DNA of 64,000 bases from contig NC_042997.1 of the NCBI RefSeq assembly GCF_006345805.1, forward strand, positions 29,636,001-29,700,000, written 5' to 3'. The notes under the pieces were generated by a model that was not told the DNA's origin, ran no database searches, and saw only the letters and a list, made by a program, of their open reading frames with translations. This stretch comes from Octopus sinensis (Eukaryota). This document shows, in pieces, positions 12,385-21,753 of this stretch (positions are counted from its first letter, which is position 1; each line of letters opens with the position of its first letter). Both the position numbers and the translations under genes were made by a program.

Positions 12385-12819
12385 CTAATAATACATATCG
12401 TCCTCGAAATAGCTTGTGCCCGCACCCTCCACCATCAACCACGCCTCCCTCAGAACGTAATCAAGTCCCGAGTTTGCGTCGCCCGGGACCAAGTTATAAT
12501 CTTCATTGAGCTCCTTTAGTCCAAGCGTCACGTCGAACTCCACGGCCTCCACAGCTACCTGCGGAGGCCATTCGGGGTCCTGTGTGAAGGCTAAAGGTGC
12601 TCCCTTGTAGTGCTCTTCCATCACTTTTTCAATTTCTCCTCCTCTATAGAAGAGGACCAATACGTTCAGTTCTTTCGTTGGCGGCACAGTTCCCGCCAAC
12701 GGTATTCCTTCTCTTGTCGGTGGCACAACCCCAACCGACGTAGTTCCGGGACATTCCGGTGCTACACTGACAACCGGTAATGTCCCGTTTTTCTTCCTCT
12801 TTTTCTTTTTTTTCCCTTT
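12385..12819 (-). CDS. Probable C-terminal continuation of ORF1 in the -1 frame (track ORF 12385-12726)
   Basis: This frame is open from just after a TGA near 12820 (KGKKKKKRKKNGTLPVV...) to TAG at 12385. One extra A in the A8 run (12806-12813) fuses it with ORF1 into 414 aa. Confidence 0.6.
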   Translation of the reverse strand, partial: KGKKKKKRKKNGTLPVVSVAPECPGTTSVGVVPPTREGIPLAGTVPPTKELNVLVLFYRGGEIEKVMEEHYKGAPLAFTQDPEWPPQVAVEAVEFDVTLGLKELNEDYNLVPGDANSGLDYVLREAWLMVEGAGTSYFEDDMYY

Positions 12820-13628
12820 TCAACTGAGGGAGGGTGCGTCTCCTCCGTGGCTGGAAGATTCGCCTTCCTCTCCTTATCCCTATTATCCTTTGGTGAGCAC
12901 CCATTGTTGCTCACCTTCCTCTTTCGGCCTCTGTTTGAGGAGTCCTCTGCTTTCTCGGCCGTTATCGTTCCCTCTTCTAGATGGGTTTTACTTAACTGTT
13001 CCGGGATCCTATTTTGTTCCCGATGACAGTTTTTCTTTATGTGGCCGGACTCCAAGCACCGATGACACTTAGGGGGGCGACCCTCAAGCATCACCGGGTA
13101 CCTGCACCCGGCCATTTTCAAAAAATCTGGAAGAACCAGATTGGCTGATTGGGTCCACAGGGTCAAAATTGCTTTTGACCCAACCCAAGCAGCCGCAGGA
13201 AGAACTTTTACATTGAGGAGCTTAGTTTCGCTGTCACCCAGACCCCGGCAGATAGTCTCCTCTATCCACTCGGGTTCTATGTCGGGTGGTAATCCGCAGA
13301 TCCAAGCTTTCATCAATTTCTTTTTTTTGTACGTGGGCAGGAATAAGATTTCCTTACCCTCCAGGGGTTTGCTAGCAAATTTGCAAGCTTCTTCAGGGGT
13401 GTCAAATAGCAACCACACCGTTGCATATTTGACACCCCTGGAAATGAATTTAATTGTTGGCAAATACTCTTCCAACTCCTCCTCAATTGCCGTCTTTTCG
13501 AATAGGGCGATGGTGTCGAGTGCCTTGGAGTAGGTTCTCAACACCACCGTCCTATCTTCACGGTCTTTTAACCACTTTTTAGGTGGTATGATTTCCCACT
13601 CCAAAATTTTGTTATTTTTCATTGCCAT
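12762..13628 (-). CDS. ORF1/gag-like nucleic-acid chaperone (RRM-like N-half, CCHC knuckle, basic tail), 288 aa
   Basis: Uninterrupted ATG-initiated ORF. CHRCLESGHIKKNC fits CX2CX4HX4C at 13026-13067, preceded by 'V..EGRP', the layout typical of Tx1/L1 ORF1. RRM-like fold is inference. Confidence 0.85.
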   Translation of the reverse strand: MAMKNNKILEWEIIPPKKWLKDREDRTVVLRTYSKALDTIALFEKTAIEEELEEYLPTIKFISRGVKYATVWLLFDTPEEACKFASKPLEGKEILFLPTYKKKKLMKAWICGLPPDIEPEWIEETICRGLGDSETKLLNVKVLPAAAWVGSKAILTLWTQSANLVLPDFLKMAGCRYPVMLEGRPPKCHRCLESGHIKKNCHREQNRIPEQLSKTHLEEGTITAEKAEDSSNRGRKRKVSNNGCSPKDNRDKERKANLPATEETHPPSVEKGKKRKRGRKTGHYRLSV

Positions 13629-14515
13629 GTTTTTTTAAAATATATTCAAATTAAACTCAAAAAGCAGGAAGAAAAAAGTTCAAAAGTCCAAATAAAATTT
13701 GATAGATTTTTGAAAAAACAAAAAGGAGAAAGCACAACAGAAGGGAAGAAATCAACGGAAAGTCGCAATAAAGAAAAAAAACAAAAGAGGGGGTTAAATG
13801 AAGTTCAAAAGAAAGTTAATAAACTACTTGCGAAGTAGTAGTTTTCACAATTCATAAAAGTTCTTCACAGCACAATACAATTCTCACAATTACGTGAGAA
13901 AATTATTTACTCAATTTATCGAAGACAGATACGCCCCCAAACATTTTCTCAGCAAGAAAAATATATTTGCCACATGTCGGCAGAATCAGAATTCTGAATC
14001 CAGTAGGACTTCCTGCCTGTAAAAAATAATTCTCAACAAAAACTCCCACTGGACCCAGAAAACAGAATCTTACCTTACATGGGGCTTCCAAAGTTTTCAA
14101 TTCAAGACGGCTTCAATAGCACGTCTTCACCGCTTCAGTGCCAAACACAACACTGACTCGCACATGCGCAGAAGCAACCGTTAGCAAGCTACGTACCACA
14201 CAGCCACTCCTGCGCCTCTAATTGTCGCGTATTTTCCTATATTTTCCTATATTTTCATGAGATTTAATGGGTATTCTGTATGGAATATTTAGAATACTGA
14301 CACAGTGACACCTTTGTCGTCTTTGGTTTTCTGAGTCGAAAAATAGCCACTTTCGTTGATCATATTCCAACTTAATGGGAGGAATATATAGTTGCACGGC
14401 CTGATATGACGCTGCTTTTGTATGTTTCGTTTGCACATATAACAAGAGTTGATATGTGTGTGAGGTTTTTGTAAAGTAATGGAAGAAATGTCCCAAAACA
14501 GACAATAGTCAAATC

Positions 14516-14527
14516 TCTCTCTCTCTC

Positions 14528-14619
<92 letters not shown>

Positions 14620-14620
14620 C
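14516..14620. repeat. (CT)n/(TA)n microsatellite
   Basis: Directly visible. Confidence 0.97.
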
Positions 14621-15269
14621 ATTTCTAATATGAGGATAAAATGTTTCAAAATAGTTTTATCAGTGGCCAGCATATGAAAAATAACGTTTAAGGTGAAAAT
14701 TATAAATACAGTTATGAATAAGAGCAAAAGAAAACATTTTTTTTTGTGAATTTACTGAAAAAAAAATGAAGACGCTAAATCGTCTAACCACATACAATAA
14801 TTTCACAATTATTATTACACCGCATGTCGAAATGAGGAAAGCATGTTAACTAATTTTTGAATGAATTTCTGTTAGCTTGCTTTGCTCGTTTCGACACGAG
14901 GTGTAATTATAATAGTGAAAATATTGTATGTGGTTAGTTGATTTAGGACTAGAACAATGCGAGACAATATACATAAACTACAAAAATAATGAAAACCAAA
15001 ACAATGTTGTATTATTACTCCATGTTCCTATATTTAGGGATTATGACCCATCCCATTCTTCTGGACATTTGGAAAGCGTGGTTGGAAAAAGTCGTTACTC
15101 AGATGTGTAGAGAGGAAGAAGGAAAGGGGAAGGTGACATGCACAGACTGATGTTGCTATAGCAACCAGTCTACTACTTGTATTTCATTCTTGTTTGGCAG
15201 TTAATGGCTAGGTGTTGAGAAGGAGGAACACCATGATTTTAAGATTGAAATACTGGGTCTGATAATTCT

Positions 15270-15900
15270 TTAGGGTTTTTTGACTGAAGTATCTACGTGC
15301 ATATGTTCTTTTATTTTAAAGTGCAATTTCCTGATGGTGCCCTCAATGTAGGAGGCCCCATATGTTCTGCAGATTACATAATATAGCACAAAAATCCTCG
15401 AATACGTTTTGAAGTTGTTCATGGGGCAAACGGGTAGCATGCTCCCCGTCTGTATGTTGACTCCCTCTCTACGTATCGCATGTTGTTTGGCTACAGTGGT
15501 TCTGTTATTGAAGTAGGGTAGTATAAGGAAGCACATTTCAAACTCGAGATTATCGCCCCTTTCATGTAGTATACTCATTTTACAGTCTGTTTTTGTTTTA
15601 GATAAACCCGTTTGGCTAAAGATGGCGAATAGCCACTGAGTAATAGGATCCTCAAGATCATATATATATACTCAACGTATGAGTTAATTTTCAATATCAT
15701 CCTTATTTGTTTTATTCTCAAAGAATTTGAATGTTTAGGACTTCTGTGAGTAGAAGTAATAATTCTCTTCTGCTATTAAGAATGTTGTCGCCTGTCAAGG
15801 ATTTCCAATGATTCATTTAAACACAATCGATAGCATTTTTATAGGGATCCGCAACATGTAGTGTAGACCATTGCAATTTATCAACTGTTCGTCATTCTAT
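15270..15900 (-). mobile_element. Penelope-like element C-terminal/GIY-YIG fragment
   Basis: ORF 15270-15578 contains VLYYVICRTYGASYIEGTIRKLHFKIKEH (decayed GIY-YIG). ILRILLLSGYSP lies upstream (~15620-15660). Confidence 0.75.
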
Positions 15901-16215
15901 GTTGAGTATATATTCGATAAGTAATGTTACATAACAGTGACCTGTGATGCAAAAGGAAGTTTTATGTGTGTAGGATCTTTTTCATAATCAGTAGATGATC
16001 CTTAAAAATTAAATATTGTTGTGTGGTACAACATTGCACTTGTACACCGCATTGTCCCTATTGCAATTCCTGCCCAGAGTTCAGTCGATTTCCACAACTG
16101 ACAACTGTAATGGAATGATTAAATTCATTCTTTCAATACCGTCTGATGGGCTCCAGCATGCTGAATCACAAGAACTGTAGGTTATGACCTTTATAGTGAC
16201 TCTGCCAAAGCAAAC

Positions 16216-16527
16216 ATGCTGATAACTACTGAATGTAATGAATTAATGGATATGATCACGGGTTACGGTTTCGAATTAAAAGACAGTCAGATAAACTTGA
16301 AACAATTAGTAACAAAGGCAAATTTTGACCTAGGCGAAAATGATGAATCATTCATTGTATCTAAATGTGTTGATAATCGATGTGCTGCATGTCAATTCAT
16401 ACATACCGATCAATATATGAACACAAAAAGCGGAAGAATATTTGCAGATGCAAAAGCAAAAATTTACTTTACTGCATCAAATGTCTTGCATTATCGGAAT
16501 TTTCACGTGTGCACCGAGAGCAAATGA
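16216..16527 (+). mobile_element. Penelope-like element RT-endonuclease linker fragment
   Basis: NLKQLVTKANF...SKCVDNRCAACQFI...ASNVLHY matches the PLE CxxxRCxxC linker and the start of GIY-YIG. Confidence 0.7.
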
Positions 16528-16655
16528 GAGACACTGATATCCGTCAGATCCCGTTCTAATATTCTCATCCTACAAACTACAGAACTCAAAAGAAGTTGAG
16601 AGAAACGTTAGAGAAAAGAATGTTATTGATAAATTCAAACCTTTTGTAAATGGAC

Positions 16656-16707
<52 letters not shown>

Positions 16708-16720
16708 TAATAATAATAAT
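16656..16720. repeat. (AAT)n microsatellite
   Basis: Directly visible. Confidence 0.97.
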
Positions 16721-17208
16721 AATACTTATTGTAAAGGTGATAGTTGTAATGATGATAATAATAATAACGATAAGGCCTACTGCTATTACTACTACTATCA
16801 CCGCTTCCACTTACAACAACACTAACAAAGGTGATGGTGATGATGGTAGTCATGTTAACCATATCAACATTGATTTGATTTAAATGTAAATTTTCTGGAA
16901 TATCGTTGGAATAGTAGCAAGAAACTTCAATGAGAATTTTAACCTTTGAACGACAGATCGAAAAATTAATTGTTTGTAACTAAACACTTTCAAATTTTGG
17001 ACACTGGTAGAACGTCTCAAATAAAACATCTTTTACTCTTAGTGTTGTTGAGAAAAGTGTGTATTTTCAAAGTTATTTCGTCTTAAAGATGTCGTATTTC
17101 GGTAATTTCAACCAATCAATGGTGTGTATTCAGCTGAATAAAATTACTGCTGTTGTTTGTCAACAATAACTTCCGGCGGTGTATATTTCGTTCTCACTAA
17201 AAAGATCT

Positions 17209-17478
17209 GTGAATTATTCAAACTCAAAAGCATCCCTATAAACACATGGCTATGATGCTCCCCTACTACTTCTGCTCATGATCAGAGATGCACATATCGC
17301 CAGCCTCTAAGGGACATGGTCTATTGGTTAAGGTCAAACAACTGAAAAGTAGATCTGTGGTATAGAGCAGAATATTTGCTGTAGCCCATCTTTTATACCA
17401 AGACAGAACAAAGTACATGATAACATTTCCAATCAGTTAAGATCAGAAGACATGAGAGCCACTGCCTAGTACTGCATC
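17209..17478 (-). mobile_element. Partial copy of the ~550-bp (AAT)n-associated non-coding repeat
   Basis: Aligns by eye with 17818-18090 (catggctatgatgctcccc...cttccaatcagttaagatcagaag...gagagccactgcc). Strand inferred from the (AAT)n tail. Confidence 0.85.
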
Positions 17479-17536
<58 letters not shown>

Positions 17537-18090
17537 GAATAAGAGAGCAGCAATTGTCATCAAAGTGACACTGGTGTAAAATATACGAAGCCCAGTATAC
17601 CAATCATGACTACCCGTCTGATAATTGTACATTAGGCACATGCATCACAACCATATGTGCGCTACATGGTGATCTCATATCAAGATAAACAGCACATGAC
17701 CTTGCAGGTGGGGACCAGTTAGAATTTTCGTCTGGTCGAGTAACCCATCCCAGTGAAAAGGTCCCTGAATAAGGGTTGTTTAATGATGCTGAACGAAACA
17801 GCCATGTTTCCAGAGGTGAATTATTCAAATCCCAAAGAATCCCTCTCAAGACATGGCTATGATGCTCCCCCACTATTTCTGCTCGTGATCAGAGATACAC
17901 TTATTGTCAGCCACTAAGGGACATGCTCAAGTGGCTAAGGTCAAACAAATGACAGGCAAATCTCTGGTATTGAACAGAATATTTGCTGTAGCCCATCTTT
18001 TATACAACGACAAAACAATGTACATGATAACACTTCCAATCAGTTAAGATCAGAAGCCACGAGAGCCACTGCCTGGTGCTGCACGAGGGC
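17537..18090 (-). mobile_element. ~550-bp non-coding repeat flanked on both sides by (ATT)n
   Basis: Bounded by microsatellite on both sides, with a second partial copy adjacent. No ORF with recognisable motifs and no clear A/B boxes. Confidence 0.8.
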
Positions 18091-18124
18091 AATATTATTA
18101 TCGTTATCATTATTATTATTATTA

Positions 18125-18173
<49 letters not shown>

Positions 18174-18198
18174 CATTATTATTATTATTATTATTATT

Positions 18199-19091
18199 GT
18201 GCAGTGCCCAGTAGTGCAATTTTCTGTATGTTATCTATATTTGTAAGTCCTAGTGTTTTTGTTATGTATTTGCCTGAATATTTTCTATTATACCTAATGC
18301 GCCTACTATGATAGTAATTGTTTCTGTTTTTTAGATTCCGCATTCGAGTTAGCTCTATTTGCAGGCCTTTGTATTTTGAAAGTTTCTCCGTTCCTTTTAG
18401 AGAAACGTTGTCATCTGCTGGTATTGTTACATCGGTTAGAAAGCATTTTTTCTTCTTGATCTCTGACGACTATATCTGGCCTATTGGCCTTAATTTCTCT
18501 ATCTGTGTGTATAGGCATATCCCAAAGTATGGTTGTTTTCTCGTTTTCTGTGACCTTTTCTGGCGAGTGCCTATACCAACATTTTTTCTGTTGTGATTCC
18601 ATAGTGTTTGCTATTTTCTAGTGCATATAGATCCTATGTCGTGTCTGTGAACATATTCCTTCTTAGCTAGGACTGGACTATCAGAGACAATATGGTTTAT
18701 TGTTTCTTGTCCATCTCCATATATTCTACAGTTACTTATGTTTATTTTCACTATATGTTTTGGTAATTTCTGGTAGGGAGGCTTTGGTCTTGTGCTGCAC
18801 TTAAAATTCCTTCAGTCTTTGAGTCCTAAGCTTCTCAACAATTGTTGGGATTTTGCTTTGACTATTTCATTTTGCGTTTAGTTTGACCCAGTATTTGCCA
18901 TGAAGGGGCTTTCCATGCCCTCGTTTTATCATGATCCGTTGGTATTTCAGTTTTAGTTTGGATTTCATTTGATTTACAGCTTTTGTTGTATCTTCTTTTT
19001 CTTCATAATTGTTAGGTTCTATGACTTCTTTTTTATAGACTGAAAACAGTTTTTTGTTTTGTTTGTGTTTTTTGGCTATTTGTATTGGTTT

Positions 19092-19093
<2 letters not shown>
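18199..19093 (-). mobile_element. R4/Dong-like LINE fragment (CCHC + restriction-like endonuclease)
   Basis: CRIYGDGQETINHIVS, TILWDMPIHTDREIKANRPDIVVRD (ORF 18411-18602), IIVGALG, IQKIALLGTAH, then (AAT)n with no 3' UTR. Confidence 0.9.
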
Positions 19094-19156
<63 letters not shown>

Positions 19157-19167
19157 CATTATTATCA

Positions 19168-19596
19168 TTCTATGTTTGACTTTTGTTTATGTTTGTACAA
19201 GTTGGTTCCAAGTCTCACCCAGAGACCTCAAGAGACAACAAGTTGGAAGTTCACGTTGTTGTTATGCTTTGTGTGCCATATATTTGGGGTTTTTTGGGTG
19301 TTGTACTAGGGAATATCTAATAAATAATTTTTTTTTTAAATTGTTTGTTTTAAACCTTGAGATTACATAGAGAGTATTTTGCGTAGGATATGAGCAGTTC
19401 CAATGAGCACAATCTTTTGAATTTCTGCCATTTTGGGGTTTCCTGGTATCTGAGTTAGGTAGCAATCAGCCCCTTTCGCTATCATTCCCAGGGCACCTAT
19501 GACAACAGGTATTGTTTTAGTCTTCAGGTTCCACATTTTGCTGATTTCTATTTCAAGATCTTTATATTTGCTCAGTTTTTGGTAGGTCTTGACTTA

Positions 19597-19597
<1 letters not shown>
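19168..19597 (-). mobile_element. 3' end of R4/Dong-like LINE with 3' UTR and (AAT)n tail
   Basis: KLSKYKDLEIEISKMWNLKTKTIPVVIGALG...IQKIVLIGTAHILRKILSM*, followed by ~200 nt of UTR and (AAT)n. Confidence 0.92.
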
Positions 19598-19634
<37 letters not shown>

Positions 19635-19668
19635 TATTATTATTATTATTGATATTATTATCATTATT

Positions 19669-19795
19669 TACATTATTTACATTTGACGGATATCTGTCGT
19701 CATCTTGATAGTTGTTAACACAACGTTTTGTCTGTAACACCCTCCAGCCTTCATCAGGTATCTTGGGGAAATTTCGAACCTGGTTTCTTATTCGA
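19669..19795 (-). mobile_element. Penelope-type terminal-repeat fragment carrying a hammerhead motif
   Basis: Minus strand reads ccaagatacCTGATGAaggctggagggtgttacagacAAAAcgttgtgtt, the layout of PLE minimal type I hammerheads. PLE origin is inference. Confidence 0.6.
19717..19762 (-). ncRNA. Decayed minimal type I hammerhead ribozyme
   Basis: Stem I GATAC/GTGTT (with G-U wobbles), CUGAUGA core, stem II GGCTG/CAGAC (1 mismatch), GAAA mutated to AAAA, palindromic ACGT stem III, putative GUU cleavage triplet. Confidence 0.6.
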
Positions 19796-19812
19796 TGTTG
19801 TTATTGTTGTTA

Positions 19813-19880
<68 letters not shown>

Positions 19881-19883
<3 letters not shown>

Positions 19884-21636
19884 ACCTTAGTTTGCTGAGT
19901 ATGATGGAATGTGTCAGCTGTCAACAGCCAGCAGACTAAGGTGACACATGTTTACTGGTCATGTTTCAAGAACCCTGTGAAGAATTGTTGCCGTTCTAAA
20001 CAATGCTGAATTTTGTAGGCCTTCTATCTTCACGCCTGCACCGATCTTTTTCAACCATGTTGGTAGTTGAATGCTAATTCTTCCAAGTGCACCAGTTACT
20101 ATTGGTATCACGTCTACTCATTTATTGGCCACACCCTTCGTATTTTCCACTTTGAATCGTCGTATATTTTGTATCTTTTTTCTTCTTTCACATTGATCCT
20201 GTTGATACATCGATAATCATAGATGCTCTATATTTTTTATTTACCACATCAATGTCCGGCTTTCTAGGTTTGGTTAGGCGGTCGCTCTGGATCATTACAT
20301 CCCTGGGGATTTTGCTGATCATATTTTCAGTGACTCCTTTTGTGGTTTGTTCCAACCACGTCTTTTGCTATTTGTAGGCCATGATTTCCACAGAGCTCCC
20401 AATGCCACATTGTCTTGGCACCATTTGTATTCGAGTTGTACCAATTTCGAGCCTTCGCTAGCGATGTGCCATGCCGTTTCACCCCTCTCGCCACACATTC
20501 TGCTTTGTCGCTATCGGTGGTATTGTTAATTATGCACTTCATATAACTGGTCCTTAATGCTTGTTCCTGGACTGCGCATGTGAGTGCTTCTGTCTCGTCT
20601 TCCGGCCACTCTTCCTCATCCATAGCCACCGGTCCTCTGTATCTGTCTTGGCGTTCATATTTCTTCCAAACTGGCCGTACATTTTTTCCTTCTATGCGTT
20701 TTCTGTTTTTATTGCTTAAACATTTCTTTAGTTAGACAATTTTCAGTTATAATGACGCAGGCCTTCTCAGTGCGTTTCTACAATGGCTCCACGGCATTTT
20801 TTATATAATACCCTAGGCTGTTTACCTCAGCTTCCATGCAGTTGTGGAACTGATCAAACATCTCCCATCCTTTCTTCTGGACAAGTACAGCCTATCTATG
20901 TCAGTCTTAGGGTGGAAGGATCCACATACTGTCAACATTTTTCTGGTCTTTGTGTTCACTTTCTTCACTTCTGTCTTTTGCCATTTTATAATTCCCGCTC
21001 TATACCGAAGTAATGATATCGTCCACATATTAACTGCTTTGATTTTATTCCATCCTGTCAATTTTGACTTCAGCACCAACATCAGTCTTCGGGAATACTC
21101 CATTCTCAGCTGCTCATTCTTTTCGTTTTTCATTATCGCTGCACTCTTGTACACCTAGCTATTGGTATCCTTTCGTTTCAATTTGCTTAATCAATTCTCT
21201 GTTCGGTAATTCTATCCCTGCTAGGGACTGTACTTTGCCTATTTTTAGGTACATTATTTCGCACCTCTTGAGTCCAAATTCCATTCGAATATCAGTATTA
21301 AAACAGTGGACCGTGTTCACCAAGGAACTCACATGTGCCCCATGTCTGCCATACAGTTTTAAATCCCATATTAAGAGGAGATGGTTGTTTGTTTGGAATT
21401 TTTACTTTAGTTGGAACCCCAGGTTCATGTTGCTGAGTATCAACGTCTAGGGAGTCATACAGAGAACGACAAGCAACGGAGATAGGCTGTCACACTGGAA
21501 AATCCATTTTCTGATACCCAGGGTACCCAAGATTTTTCCGTAAGAGGTCAGTTCAGTTTTCAATCCCGCAATACTTCTCTTCAGGTAAAACGTGAGATTC
21601 CTCGAAATTCCAAGCAGATCTAAGAACTCGATGGTC

Positions 21637-21638
<2 letters not shown>
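19881..21638 (-). mobile_element. 5'-truncated R4/Dong-like LINE, second subfamily (RT + CCHC + RLE), decayed
   Basis: IFQCDSLSPLLVVLCM (~21470), NHLLLIWDLKLYG...MEFGLKRC (~21270-21390), EYSRRL.LVLKSKL.G.NKI (ORF 20822-21154), TEALTCAVQEQALRT (ORF 20327-20629), KPDIDVVNK (~20260). Flanked by (ATT)n. Confidence 0.92.
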
Positions 21639-21731
<93 letters not shown>

Positions 21732-21753
21732 TATATTATTATTATTATTATTA

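Larger units (their letters stand above)
12088..14179 (-). mobile_element. Full-length ORF1(gag)-only retroelement, copy B, with 13-bp target-site duplication
   Basis: TSD GTTAGCAAGCTAC at 12075-12087 and 14180-14192. ~550-nt 5' UTR, ORF1, ~300-nt 3' UTR ending GAAATAAA. No RT, endonuclease or LTR. Confidence 0.9.
11718..14217 (-). mobile_element. Young tRNA-derived SINE split by a 2.1-kb insertion (body 11718-12087, head 14180-14217)
   Basis: Both parts match the reverse complement of 37418-37834. The head gtaccacacagccactcctgcgcct resumes exactly after the second copy of gttagcaagctac. Confidence 0.95.

Noticed and set aside
16577-16614. CTACAGA-A-CTCAA..TTGAG-A-GAAACGTT, possible hammerhead after the PLE fragment
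   Set aside because: Two core substitutions, an extra base before GAAA and no stem I; too degraded to call.
16586-16883. Poly-N/I/L/Y ORFs here and at 19.1, 21.6, 22.5 and 57.6-58.2 kb
   Set aside because: Translations of (AAT)n tracts.
18040-18090. HDV-like ribozyme at the 5' end of the 550-bp repeat (GGCTCTCRTGGC resembles P3/L3)
   Set aside because: No P1 partner and no P1.1 GG could be placed.
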